Origin: Klebsormidium nitens | Taxonomy: Eukaryota > Plantae > Klebsormidiophyceae | Assembly: GCA_000708835.1 (NCBI GenBank) | Contig: DF237298.1 | Location: 1-64,000 of the forward strand | Direction of reading: 5' to 3' | Length of the DNA stretch: 64,000 nucleotides | Shown here: one piece after another, positions 37,501 to 51,200 of the stretch | Layout of the letters: every line of letters starts with the position of its first letter | How positions within the stretch are numbered: position 1 is the first letter of the stretch | Notes under the pieces: generated by a model | The model's database searches: none | Told to the model about the DNA's origin: nothing | The model's input: only the letters and a program-made list of their open reading frames with translations | Made by a program: the position numbers and the translations under genes

Positions 37501-40500
37501 CTCAGCTTACGGATGGACATACGGTCCAGCAGGTGCGGTAAAGCTGGGCCTCTGCCTCAAGTTCAGATTGACTGTTGCTCACCGCAATCAACAGTAAATG
37601 CTTCACAAGACAGGAGCTTAAGTGAGCTCCGGGTTGCGTTTAATGGGAGGCCACTAAGTCTTGGAACGAAGGCTGGTCATCCAGGCAGCCGCGCATACCC
37701 TCTCGCACACACTCGACACTGAAATCTCCTAGGTGCTAAGAAGCTGCTTGTTTTGCCCCACTCTTTCCAAACGGTGCCTTAATAATCGCTTCTACTGCGC
37801 CAGCTAATCGTCAGAACGGACTGCCAAGGCTGTCTCCAGTACCCTTGTCACTGACCAAGACGTTCTGACGTCAGCTTTGGGGAGTGGCATTACCTGTTGG
37901 CGGTGAGCTTGAGCGCCTGCTGACGGATGTCGTGCTGCTGACGTTTCACCGGGTTGTGCTCGCTTTTCAGCATGTTCTTCACCTGCCGCCGCCGCTCCAC
38001 CAGCGCTTTCAACACCTGGCAGAAGCAGGGTTCGTTCGAATAGTATCCCTTTTTGCCGATCGTTGCTTCGCGTCTCTTGCGGGGAAGTAGTGGTGAAAAG
38101 CCATGTATTGGGCGGTCAGGTTAAGTCTTCGATTACTTACATGAGAACTGAGGATTTCTCGAAGTTTGTGAACGCGACACCTGACACATGTACTCTTGAT
38201 TCTGGGAGATTGCGTGATAAAATCTCGCATAGGGAGAAACAGAATCACAAAAACAGTTGTCCAGAAACTAACCGAGACCACCGCAGCTTTCAAATCGAAT
38301 TTTTCAAGCGCCTGTCATATGCCAGGACGGCCAAACCTGCGACTACAAGCAACTGGACTCTTGTGACAATAGCTCTGGCACCACTTCATTTCTCCCTCGG
38401 GTCGTTCTGTCGAACGGAATGACTCAAATCAAGACGCTGAGAACCGGCATTCCCTTACCTGTGGCAACACCCCTGGCGCGTCCGCTTTCGGCAGGCTGGG
38501 GATCCCTTCGGCTGCGTCTCTTTCCACCGTAGTGAAGCATATGTTGTATTCTTGGATGATGGACGGGTAAAGCGAGTTGAAGTCCAGCAGAAGGATGAAC
38601 TTGTCGTAGAGCCCCTTCTTCGGCTCCAGCACCAGACCGCCCAAGTAAGAAGGGCCCTTCTTCTTTTTGCCTGTGGGAACCAAATGGAGAGAGTGAGGAA
38701 TGGGGAACGAAAGACACAGCGAGATAAGGTCCAGCATGATGAATAAACTTGTCGTACAAGCCATTCTTGGGGCTTTAGCACGAGGCCACCAGGTAAGGAG
38801 GGTCCTTCTTCTTTTTGCCTGGGTAGAAGTCAAGGGGTAAAGAATGAAAAACGATGGATTCAGTGAGTCATTCATTGAAGATCTATGCATGTTGTAGAGA
38901 CCTTCTTTCACTTCCGGCACCTTCAGAATTGAAGAGGAAGAATTTTGCATCTATACCCTCACAGAGGGGGAATCAGCTCCAGGAAAAAGAGTCTGTACAA
39001 AGGTCGAAGGATCGTCGAAACCGTCCTATTCTTCATCTCGAAGAAAAGTGTAAGCAACGAACTCGTAGCGAGTCCAATAAAGTTCAAACGGCAGGCGCCT
39101 TTGCTTGCAGACTCGAAATCGTGAATTGGGGAGAACACTTGGTTCTCAAATATGCGAAAGGACCCGCGAATTGGAAACATTCTACTCAAAAGAGCCCGGA
39201 AACGACCAACCTAGCGCCGTCTTGCCCTCTCCCTCGTCTTCCCCTTCCTGCAACATTCTTCAAACACCTTGTTTTCTCATCCAAAAAGCGACCACGCTGC
39301 GGAAGCTACATGCGCATTTGCCGCCGTTTCGTCCTGTGCCTTGTCTCTTCACCCCGCAACATCCCCTTTTGACTTCAACTCTCATCAGAAACGGCGACCA
39401 AGCTGCTGACAACAAGCGCGCACCTGTCGCCGCTTCTCCTCCCCCATCGTCGTGCCCTTCCAGCAACATCTTGTATTTGCTTATCTTCTCACCATAACGG
39501 CGACCAAGCTGCAGACACCCAGCGCGTACCTGTCGCCGCTTCTCCCTCTCCCTCGTCATCCCCTTCCTCTTCGCCCCGGCCCTTGTGTTTGGCCCTCCGT
39601 AGCTCCGTCTCGCGCTCTTTCGCCGTCAGCTTGTCCGGCAAGATGAAACCCCGCCCGTGAAACTCGTGCAGCAGCAGGTACTCAATGCGCTGTGCGCGCG
39701 CGCCCTGAAAAAGGTTCAGACAAAGCGGTGTGAATACGTTTCTGCCTGATGATTGCGGTTCAAAGAGGCCGTCAAGTCGGAGGGTTGTGGGGTTGCGTTG
39801 GATTGAGCCCCCTACTGCGAGGGACCAAGTTGCTTGCTTGCCATTTGACCCATGGAAGTCGTGCAGCAGCAAGTATTCGATGCGACACGCGCGCCCTGAA
39901 AAGAGTCCAAAAGCCGATCAGAACTGTCACCCGGAAAAACGTTCAGAGTATAGTTCAAAGCAAGCTTAGGTAACACCGCAGTTGTCTCGTCTCGTCAGCT
40001 TTGACCTGCCAGAAGCAGCTTTTGCATCACAAGCATGGTAGTGTGCATACTTGTTCGTCTCACGATTGCGGTACAACGGCCCGTTTAAGCGGAGAAACGT
40101 GCGGTTGCTTCAGGCTCAGCCCTTGCTGATGCACTGGGCAGAAGCTCACGCTCGGGACCGAGTTCGGTTGTTTCGCCTTTGGCCCTTCGGACACTCATAA
40201 GCATACATACCCATTCTTGCAGCTTCCAACCGCAGACGACAACCACGAGCTTTAGGCGAGGGTATGAGTTTGGACCAGAACATATCGACAGGAACCCGCA
40301 GCGTCTCTTTTCAGGGATCCCGGAAGCCCAACATCCTAAACGCTGCAAGCTTCAAGGCAATTTCTCTACTCGTCCGCATTACTGCAACCCACCTGCAGCG
40401 TCTTGCCCCACAGGTTCCCGGAGAGACACGTCAGCTGTCGCGTCAGCGGGAGCACGCTGAGGTGGAACATGAGGCCCAGCGCGAGCCACGCGTCCGTCTC

Positions 40501-43500
40501 CGCCAGGCGCACCAGCCGCTGCAGCTCGCCGCTGCTGCGGTACATACCGGGGATACCGGCCGGGTCCAGGTCCTCGCGCACCTCGCCCAGCTGGCTGGAC
40601 GCGAGCTGGGTCAGTGAGTAGCTGACCTGAGGGGGGAGAAAAAGGACACATGTTTATAATCGCACGCTAGAGAATCTTATGGGGCTGAGTTCATTCTGCC
40701 TTTGGAAGGTACGTACCGGGGGGTAGGTCTCCGGCACCTCGCCCGTTGGCTGGACGTGCGCGGCGTCACCGAGTAGCTGGTCTGAGTGAGGAAGAGGGAG
40801 GCAGTTGTGGTCAGAAACGGGCCCCTGAAAGCTGCTTAGTGGCGGGCTTGAAAGGACAGAGCGAGCATTTACCGTTTGAGTCAAATGGGTGTTTTGAAGC
40901 CAATCGACGTTCGGAATGGTGCTCTAAGAATCCCTTTCAAGGGACATGAGCTTGTTGCTAATAAAGAGCTGCCATCCTCCGGGCATGCGTATCACTGTGC
41001 GCGCATGCTCTCTTGACGCGATCGGTGGCGCTTGCAACGACGGTGGTGTGTAATCGACCCCAGGCGGACGGCGTGACCGAAGTCAGGGATTTCAAGCGAA
41101 CGGGAGCTTTCCTTCACTCTTCTCAATGAATGCAAGGACCAGCATTTGGGTATGCCGTCGACCGACCCCTCCATCTCGCTAAGTTTCATTTCTCACCTCC
41201 TTGAGCAGCTCCCGGGCGGACAGATACGTGTCGCACAGCAGCCGCCCCGCCATGACTGCCATGATCCCGGGGCCTGCGCCGCCGCCGAACCGGTCGCCGC
41301 CGCCCCCGAGCTTGGGCATCGTCTTGCGTCTGAGGCGACCGAGGGATGACCAGCTATTGCAGTTGACCTTCAGAGCCTGGGGCAAAGCAGCCGAAGTAAG
41401 GGCAAGAAGTTCGATTGGACTCGGAGTACATACGTATTGAGAGGTTCTGCTTTGCAAAGGTTCAATAACTTGCCCTTACGATACCGCCTGATCGCGGCCT
41501 TGAGTATCACTGAGCATTGCAGAATGGGAGCCTCTGACATATGAATGGAGTGCCTTTTTGGGAAGTTGCGTCCAGGCAAGCAAGTCTGCCGTTCTCACCA
41601 GTGCCGAAATGACGTTTCGCAAGCACTCATTTTCCCCCTTGAATTATACCCGAAGATACTGATTTCGTAGTTCGATGAAGGTAAAAGACGAGCAGTATGC
41701 AATTCGACATTTGTAGATCGCGTACTCCAAAAGTCTCCCACTCCAAGATTGCCAGCCCGTCAGGTTCGTTCCGACAAGTGGTGAATTTTCTCACGGACAC
41801 ATGGCGGCTTACCTCGAGCCTGTGCAAGAGGACGTCCAGATCGAAACCCGAGATGTTGTGACCCACAAGAACGTCGGCGTCGAGGTTCTTGAGGTTGGCC
41901 AGCAAGCAGTGGAGCAGCGCACGTTCACTGCAACGGGGGTTCTTCTCTTTAAGTGTTTTGTTTGAGCTTTCCGGGCTTAGGAGCGAAGTGTAAAAGGAAG
42001 GCATTCGAGTTCTTATGGTGAAACGAGGAAGACTTTAGGACAGACAGAATCAAAGAGACAAACCCACTCAGCTGGAACAGTAGGCATAGAAAGGAAGGGA
42101 CGAACGGAGGCAGGAGGAAAGCGGTCGACGAGACAGAGGCAGTCGGCAGTTGAAGCTACTCAAACAAAAGCGGAGCAGTGAGGAAACGGAAGGGGTGTCG
42201 ACGAGCTGCTGTGATTGATGACGACGAACGAGCTTTTTAGAGTCCCCTGCGCTTATGAAACAAACGAGCGCAGCCCAAGCCGCCATAATAGACAGACCCA
42301 AGCGGCCAACATCTAACATAAACCGGGCATAAGCAGCGGCGCTCACTTGGTCTCGTGGAACAAGACCCGGTGCCCCGCCTCGGTGTTGATCTTGTCCGCG
42401 TCGTTCGTGAACCCAACCGGGAAGCTCCCGAGCTTTTGGACCACGGTGAAGTGGCCCAGCGCGGCCGGGGTGTTCCACTCCGCCTTTGGGGTCGGTCCGT
42501 CGATCTGCGACCGGGGGAGTATTTTTTAAAACAGAGCGTGGCTTGGGCGAAAAGCATTCCCGCCGGCGACTTCCACAGGAGTATCTTTGACTCGGTCGGT
42601 CGCTACGTAGGACCGCGTGATCTCGAGGATCGCGGGGACCAGGGAGATCCGTTAAAGTCTTGCCCGGGCGTCGGCCGAACCACGTGAGCAGCTTTAGAAG
42701 CGAAGTCAAGATGGCTGTAGTCTTATTACGAGTAAGCAAAGCTATACATGCATCGCAAAAGAAAAGACAGACGTCTTGAAAGATCAGTGCAGCAGAAAGC
42801 GAAGACGAGCAGCGCTTACCTTGACCGCTTTGTTGTAGACGATCGATGCCGCAGCAATCTCGTTCACGTTCTGCTGGTGGTTGATCACCGTCTTGAGGTT
42901 GAGCGACGCGACAACTAGGGGCGGCGTGTCGCGCTCTCGCACGCCGATGGGGAACTTCTCAATGCTGACGTTTTCGGGCTTGTCGATGGAGACTTCCAGC
43001 TTGCACCAGCTCACCTGCGGATCGGTCCGAAGATTTAGCCTTTGGGTTTCAGCGACTTTGAGAGCGTGCAATAAAGAGATGAAAAACAGTGGAAGAAATC
43101 CGGACATCTGCGGTGTAACCACTTGAAGTTCGAATGCAACCGGACGGTGGATCCTTGGGGAGCTAACGAGCTTGCAAGTAGAGCCTCTGGAAATCCCGAG
43201 ACGAGCGTGCAAGAACAGGGAATCGCGGATACTCGGTCTTGATTCCTAAGTTCAGGGGAGATGCACTAAGTGAAGGCAGTCGGACGTATGAGTGAGAAGC
43301 AAGTGGGCTACAACAGCAAGCCCTCCCACGCAAGGATGTCAGAGCGCAAGTGCCCGCGTCGCACAACCCCGTTAAAACTTTGCGCCCCAAGAAAAGCAAA
43401 TCAGAGCCCTTCCCTGAAAAAACTTGGACCAACCAGCGAAACGTTCTCAAATCCAATACAAATCCTTCACCACCTTCAGGTTGCCACAGGGTTGCCAAGC

Positions 43501-46500
43501 AAACTCACAAAACTGATCGCCCTTCTCAAACTTAAGGTTAGCCCACCACCTCAGGACTCAAATCATTCATTTTGATTTACCACAGTGGCAACATTCTGCT
43601 GCGTACGGACACCGCACCTTCCACTAGGTCGACTTCGCTCTCACCTGGCCATTGGTCACCCTCTGCGAGTTGGCATGTAACATGCAGCTGAGCGAAATGA
43701 ACACTCAGCTTTACATCACCATTTGTACATTCGTCATCTCTGGTCTCTCTTAGGATTGAGTTTCAGTGATATTTTGCCTTCGAGGATGTATGAGAAACAA
43801 CCACGTTAGGCCAGCTTTGCCCTCACCTGCCCGTTGGTCACTCTCTGCGGGTTGGCGATTAGCAGCCAACTCGGCCCCATCAACTCCCGCTGCAACAGCA
43901 GCAGCTCCAGCGCGCTCGTCTGCGTCCCGAGCAGCGCCGCAAAGTGCTTCCCCGCAAGATTCGCCTCCAGGGGGGGGTGCCGGAACGGGTAATTCACCTC
44001 CAGAAAGTACCCCTCACCCTTGGGCACGTCCGCCCGCTCGAACGCGTAGGAGCGCTTTACGGGAAGGAAGAAGGCCTCCGTGCTGTCGACACCCCGGGTT
44101 CTGAGCACGTCGCGCAGCTCGGTTTTCATGTCCGTGCTCAGGACGTGGAGCCGTTTCACGAGCGGGTCGTTCCGTTTTCCGGGAGCGGAATCTTGTTCGA
44201 GGAGCGGAATGTCCGGGTCGGAGAACGTGTCGGGGAGCGGGACGGCGATGACGCTGCGCTCCAGGTTGTGGACGCGCACGCAGCAGCTGACGTACTCGTT
44301 GTCGATGGGGACCTGCAAGCAGAGGAGGGGTAGAAGGTTGACTCGAGACTTATATCATCTTGGGCAGATATTGTTCAGAAGCGGTCAGAAAAGGGGTGCG
44401 ACTTTGGGCCGTCAATGTTTAGGGGAGTTAGAGTGTGGAGGCGGATTACTTTGTTTGACAGTCGGATTTTAGGGACGGTGAAAGTCGGGTTGCGCATCAA
44501 AGTGAAAGGACCGAAGCAGCCCTTTACTATGGCTAGGACCATGAGAAGAATCTGATTGACGGCACAGGGACTCTAAGCGTCCTCCTCCTACTTCCTTCCG
44601 TCGTTTTTATCTTCGTTGACACGAAACAAGTCTTTCCAACCAAAAGACACAAGCGAAGTGCTCCTTGGTTTTTAAAAATGTATACCCAACGATGCTGCCA
44701 GGATGCAGATTCATCTGGAAAGCAGAACTATGGTGACCTTTTCTGTTTGGCACCCGAACCCTCAAATGTAAGCCAGACCTCTAAACCGCCTACCTTGCCA
44801 AAAAGGTACACGTCAGCTTTGTTGGGCCCCTTGTTGGGCTCCTCGTATGCATCCAGGAAGAAGAAGGGCAGGCAGCCGTTCTCTGTCAGAGGGAGTGCCT
44901 GGTCTTCCAACGGTCGCTGGGGCTCTGGACTCGCACTGGGTGAAGGGGCGTCAGGCACAGCGGCGCGTTTAGAGACTTCCTGCATCGGGCAAAGAGCGCT
45001 TGAGATGGAATAGCTGCATAACAGACTCTTTGAGATAGGTGAACCGCCGGCCTTTGAAGCTCACAGGAATGCACAATGCTGTCTGACGCCTGAACAGCCA
45101 CTTGAATAAAGGCATATAAGGGGCGGTCCGCAAAAGGCTCAAACAACTCTTGCGGCTTCAAGAAACCAATCAATCAAGAACAGCAGAAAGAGTACTTCCA
45201 AAAAGCACTTCCATGCTGTGAAAACGGAGGTGGCACCAACACAGTCCTTCTTGGGAATATCCCGCACCTGGTCACATGCATAACAGAGCTTTTGCCTTAG
45301 AACCCCCTTCATCAGTAAGATGGTGCCAAAACCCAACGCCAAGAAAAGAGCCTGCCCCCACCTGCCATCCAGCAGACGCCGTTTCCTGGAGTGGCACCTT
45401 CTGCCGCTTTGGGTTGGGCCTCTCCTCCTTCACACGCCCCTCCTCACTTTCCCCTACAGGCTCCTCTTTGACCTGCGCCGCAGCGCCATTTACTCTGGCT
45501 GCTTGCGCATTCTCCTCCGCTTCAGCTTCTACGTTCTCCGCCTTTGTCCCAATTTCAGGACCGTCCTCTTCCTTTGCCAGATTCGCCCCGAAGCTGAGCT
45601 CGGGCTCCAAGGGGGCATCCGGCATCGGGTCATCCGGGGCTGGGAACTCAAACTCGTCTTCTTCCTGCTTAACCTCGGGTTTCCGCATCCCGTCTGTACC
45701 TTTTGCAACACTTGCGTGCCTAAATGCTGGAATTGTCGCTGGAGTGACCTGTTCTCTTGCGGATGGGAAAGAGGAGAAAGGCGTGACGGGAGCTAGCCGG
45801 ACGGGGCTGCTGGTCTGGACGGAAGCGCCGAAAGTCGGACGGTCGCTAAGGACGCGCTGCCGGTCCGAAGCGTCCGGAGTGATCCCCGCCAGAATGTCGT
45901 CCAGAACGCTGGCTGCCTGCTCTGCATCCTGCAATCCCAGAGATGTTTATGTTGAAATCTGGTTATTGAACAATGAGCTGGAGTTGATTGTATCTCAAGA
46001 ACATGACCAATCTGAAAAGCGTCGCTGTGTTTGGCTGCTACCGAAAAGCTTGTTTCTCGGGACTAAAGGGTGGCGAGCGGAACTCGACCTACGACATTCT
46101 CTGGATTCATCTGACTCTTATACAGAAGAATCGAAACCGATGAGCAAATCACTCCAAGAGCAGTAATAGGTATGTAGCTGAACTGTCCCCAGTCCTTCAG
46201 GCCAATTCTGGATGTTGTTCAACTCAACAACCTCACTGAGCAGTGTGATTGAAGGAGCCATCTGCCAAAGCCCAAATGACAGGTTCCCTTGAACAGCTTT
46301 GCAGGCAACTAAGGTCTACTCAACAGCATTTTAATATACCTTTGGAGTCTTAAGCTTCGCAGCCCCCCGCGGCATGCCCCCTTTCGCCCACATGCTCTGC
46401 AGGCTGCGCCCCCCTCTCGCCGCGGCCGCAAGCGCCACAGCGCTCTTTGCCTTTGGCGGAACAACTTTCTTCTTTTCTCCCGGGGCTGCTGCCTCTTTCC

Positions 46501-47421
46501 TGGCCCTCTTCTTGCTACCGTCAGCCTGGTCCTCGTAATCATCCCCTCCAACGTCCCAGTTGTCCTCCCCAACATCGTCATAACCTAGGGTGTCTTCTCC
46601 CTCTACAAACCCTCCCCCCGCCTCTCGCCTCTTCGCGACGATGTCAGCGTATTCTTGCAAATTGACGACATCGTAGACGGGGGCCTCCTCTGCAATCGAG
46701 AAGGTCTCCAGGCGCTTCTTGGCACCTGAGAAAGGTCACAGATGAGCTCAAGAGCTGGGAACAAACACAGAACTTTGCAGGCAACTGAGCAAATGCAGAC
46801 AGGACTCAGGCGCTCAGTAATTTCCTGGAATTGGAGTATCTAAGCACAGGGTGCCCCGAGCCATGAGCGTGTAAGGACACTGAAAATGCAACTTGACTTC
46901 ACACTGCCAGGTTTGGCCCTGACGCAGTCGCTTTAACGAAGCTTCTGAAGTAGCCGAGAGGTGTTCTCTTAGCATCATAAGGACACTGCCAGGTGCACCC
47001 ATCTCCACAGATCAAGCAGTTTGCCCAGTCACCGCGTTACAGCTCTCCAGGACAGAGGAAGTCTATCCAGAACCTTGTCAAGCATTGTTTGAGGATCACC
47101 ACATGTGACCGGCAGAGTTTCTTGTTCCACCATGTCTAGACAAACAGACAATATCAACGCACACTAAGATTGATCCGGACAATAAGTTTCACATATGCGC
47201 TTAAGGTGCGGTTGCTCTCAGGAAGATTTTGATCTGAATTGCTCTAGAATCTAAACGACGGAACTTCGCCATCTCTTGTACAATTCGCCAGAGCAGTGTG
47301 ACCTCAATCTGATGACAGCAATGTAGCAAAGATGCTCACCCTTTCTGGCATTGACTAACTCCTCAAAGACGCTGAGCTTGTCAGCTTCACCTCTCCTCTG
47401 TCTCCTGCTTCTATCGGCCAT
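31503..47421 (-). CDS. POLA1: DNA polymerase alpha catalytic subunit (family B; INCURVATA2 ortholog), multi-exon. Start [15 protein letters not shown] at 47421, stop TGA at 31503-31505.
   Basis: PolB motif A ([25 protein letters not shown]), motif B ([17 protein letters not shown]) and motif C ([12 protein letters not shown]) are present. Also [14 protein letters not shown], the N-terminal pol-alpha motif (YDVV...EY..IV..RR...FV), [16 protein letters not shown], and C-terminal Zn fingers (LTCPGC, CPEC, CDDDMC, CPNYPRC) with [10 protein letters not shown]. Confidence 0.97.
33285..33700 (-). repeat. Triplicated splice-acceptor / exon-start unit in a POLA1 intron (true exon start 33351; copies at 33527 and 33692)
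   Basis: cag|taccaccagca...ctgct(c/t)gcgagcgg(t/c)tccac occurs three times, spaced 176 and 165 bp. Confidence 0.9.
39200..39575 (-). repeat. About 106-bp tandem array of a POLA1 exon end plus donor (true donor after 39530; copies near 39424, 39318 and 39211)
   Basis: The unit gcgaccaagctgc...gcgc.cacctgtcgccgcttctcc is repeated, with divergence increasing away from the exon. Confidence 0.8.
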
Positions 47422-47707
47422 CTCGATCCTTCTAGGACGTCAAAGTGAAGCTGTCGACAGTAAGTTGTCTTTCTTGCCGCCTTGCTTCTTTCTACTTCAG
47501 GACTTACAAAGGGACTCCTTCTTGTTCCATTCAAAAGAGAAAAGGCCACATTCCTTCAAGAAACAGCTCTGAGACGGCCTCATTCTTCCCTCCTCAGCTA
47601 CTTCTGAGCAACTCTGCGTCTTGCAAGGAAGCGGCTCTTCAACTCGTCTCAGCTAACCACTGTGGTGGCGCCAGCACCAAAGAATTTGAAGGGGGAGCTG
47701 TGAAAGT

Positions 47708-47716
47708 GGCGCGAAA
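47708..47716 (-). promoter_or_regulatory. E2F-binding site TTTCGCGCC in the divergent POLA1 / hnRNP intergenic region
   Basis: Matches the E2F consensus TTTSSCGC about 290 bp upstream of the POLA1 ATG. Replication genes are established E2F targets. Confidence 0.6.
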
Positions 47717-48284
47717 GTGAACGTCGACAGGTGTGCATTTGGTCCCATAAGCTATGCTGTGGAGTCGTGTCACGTGCTCTATGTTGGCGACCCTTTAGTA
47801 GACGCCACGCATTTGCCGTCGCCCCGTTCTGTTTGCTTTCATGGCTTCCGCAGAGGCAAACGAAACCCAGAAACTGAGAAAGTTGGTCCCCTCTTGGTCA
47901 AGGAAGGGCGCTCGTCTTCAAGCTCCGTGGTGGGTGCATCGTCAGGGAGCAAGTTTCCAGCTTGTGCCCAGCTTTATGTCCTTCTCCCTGCATCCAAACT
48001 CCTCATCTTGGCTTGCATTCATTCGCTGCCTGCACAGCTCCTCTGTTCAGTTTCCGTTCTTGCTTTTATCAGCTCCTCTCACCTGCCGCTATGGCGTTCC
48101 GCTTTGCAATATCCTCTTACTTTGCCCCCACCGGCCACCGTCCTTTGGCCTTCCATCGGCGCAGTCCGCTTTCTTGTTTCCGAATGCACGTTGTCTTTTG
48201 TCTTGTTCAGGATGACGCCATCTTGACGACCACCGCACAGTCAGCATTCGCACAAAGCTTCCCAAAGCACACGTCGGCAGAAGC

Positions 48285-51200
48285 ATGGATGAGGAACAAG
48301 AGGCGTATGCGGAGCACCACGAAGAGGAGGAGGAGGAGGACTCTGACGTAGATGTAGAAGATGACGGGAATGATGAGCATGAGAACAACAATGAAGAGGA
48401 GGAAGGGGAGGGGGGCGACGGCATGCAAGATCATGATGACCAAGAAGATCACGAGGCCAATGAGGAGAACGAGGATGAAGAGTTAGAGGAAGAGGGAGGG
48501 GAGGGAGAGGAAGAGGAGGAGCAAGACTTGGTGGTTGGAGAAGGAGAAGACAATGATGGAGAGGGAGAAGGGGAGGGAGAGGGGACCAACATGGAAGCGG
48601 ATGGCGATGAGGGTACGTCGCAATCCTGCATTTGATCTTTTGCCTGGCTTTTTGCATTATGTCTTGAGTTCGTCGAGGACTGGTGGTGGAATGATCAAAC
48701 AATTGGATGCCAGTAAATTTTGTGCCGAAGCCTCCTGGTGAACGTGGCGCTGCCGGCAAGCGCTTCTTGATTCTGTAGGCTCTCGCGGCAGCAAACATCA
48801 GGTGCAGGATCTTTTCCTTCGACTGCTCTGTGGAGTTCCATCTCTGCTCTGCATTCTGCATTTCTGCCTTTCCGTACCCAGTTGCAGCCTAAAGACTTGT
48901 TGCCTCGACCACTAGTGTCGCTCCATCATAGAAGAACAAAACATGGTCAAGAAAGAAGCACATAATGAAGGAAGTTAGCTATGCATGCAGATTGGACCTT
49001 AAGCGGGAGTGGTTTAGGACGGTTCAAATTCCAGTATGGTTGTAACGAGAAAGATTTTGGGGTTTGGTTCAGAGTCATTCTGCATTGCTGTTCTCGATGC
49101 AGTCTGCAAATGCTGAGACTCAACTTTTTACAACCTTGAAGCACCAGCCTCCAGGGAACATGGTGCCTTCGCTGGCAAGTGCTCCCTGCGTTTTGCAATA
49201 CTACAGCGCCAATTAACCTGACCACCGAAACTTCAGCCATCAAGAGCATGATGCCGTCAGCGTTGCAAGTGTGCTGCCTGCTGACAAATTGCGCTCTATC
49301 CAACCCCACAGGCGAAGATCACGAAGGAGAGGGTGCGCAAGCGGAGACGGAAGCCGCTGAAACCGCAGAAGCAGCGAAAGAGGGCGGCGAGCACCACAAA
49401 GAGGAGGGCAAGAAATGGGATGGGGATGCGGACAAGGACCCCATGAAGCTGCCCCCGCATGGGACCGAGGTTTTTGTCGGGGGCATCCCCCAGGGGACGA
49501 CCGAGGATGAATTGAAAGAGGCGTTCAGCTCAGCGGGAGAAGTGTTTGCGGTGGGTTGCCTGCGCTTGCGCAAGCTGATTGCTGTCTTTTGCGCCGACAT
49601 TACTGTTGGCATTTTCGCAGCTTGTTCGTTCATTCATTGCGATGGACTCTAGGCCGTCTGCATTTCAGGGGCCTCACTCCGTTTCTAAAAAAGAGAGTCG
49701 CTCCTTGGAGAGGCCTTGATGACACAGCAAAGGACTTTGCATTGTCTTTCTAGGAGGCCTGTGCTTGATCACGAAATGGCACTCACACCCCAGTTGTCAT
49801 TATTACCAACCAACATCATGTAAATTCTTTCTTGAAAGCCACCACTACTGATAGGGTGGCATCGTATAGCACTACATTCACGTGCGAAGTCGACTTTAAA
49901 CAGGACTTTGTCGTTAGCAAGCCTTTGCGGCAGGCTGGAAAGCTTGGACCTCCTGTAAGCCCTTGATCTCGTGCTTTGGTTCCAATATGTAAAAGCATGC
50001 AGGAGCAATGGCTCCTTTCCATGCTAAGATTGTGAAACTTCTACTTGGCTGGCAAATCAGACTCTTTGAGCCTCTCATCATTCTTCTTAACAATTTGGAA
50101 CTGCATTTCGCTGGCAGTCGAACCCCTGAAGCACCCTCTTTGAATGTGAGACTGCCAATTTCCGTTCTTCGGTCATCTTATCTTTCGTCTTTGACTGTGG
50201 AGTCTCAAATCACATGGAATCAACACGTTCAAGCTCGAACATCTCGGGTGGTCAATCTTTGCAGGTCAGGATAGCGCGGGACCCCCAGGACCAGACTCCG
50301 AGGGGTTTTGCGTTCGTTACATACCGGGAAAGGGAGGCTGCTGCCAAGGCTGTCACAGACTTCCAAAGTTTGGAGATTAAGGTATGGAAGTCGAATGAGG
50401 GTCTCACTTCTTTCAGCTTACCAGATACTGCTTAAGTTTGTAAGGAGCTCCCATTATGCTCGTGCGTTCTGAGGGCATCATGTGGCCGCCACGTCAGCCG
50501 GTCCGTTAGAAACTATTATCTCATCCTATTGTTCTTTGTAATCTCTTTCTGAACATTACCATTTTGCACGTGCCGGCACGTCGTGTGGAGCACGCAGACT
50601 AGCATACGTGCCGGCACGTAGAACTTTGTATGAGTTCTGTACAATAAGCAGGGTTTTCTCATCCTGTTACAGCGGGAACCTATCAGTTTTCACTGCAGCT
50701 GCCTCAATCAGCCGAAGTGGACCCGTCTGGTGCACTTAAGAGGATAATTGTCGCTTAAGGAGCTTGACAGTTTTGACTGGACATGTCGAACAGAAAATGG
50801 ATTGAGGAGACTCGAGCTCTATTCCGCTCTTGCTCCAGTCTTCAGCATACACCGTATGCTGGAAATTAGCCTTTCTGCAAAAGTCATTTTTAAGAAACTG
50901 GCATAACTGCATTCGCTGCAGGGTAAGTCGGTGAGGGTTAACAACTCGCAGTCGAAGCACCGCCTGTTTGTGGGGGGCATTCCTAGGGACCTGACAAAAG
51001 AGACGCTCCGGGAGCATTTGGAGGAGGTCACGCTAGGCGCCGAGTCTATCGACGTCCCTACTGTAAGTCGAATCACTCGTTTGACGTCGTTCTTGAATGT
51101 ATAAGGGCACAGGAAGCAACACTTTTGAGGGGCCGTTTGGTATACGGGCATGGCAAGCCCTTTTCGACCTGTAGCAAAGCTTTGCTGCATTCCGAGGTCA

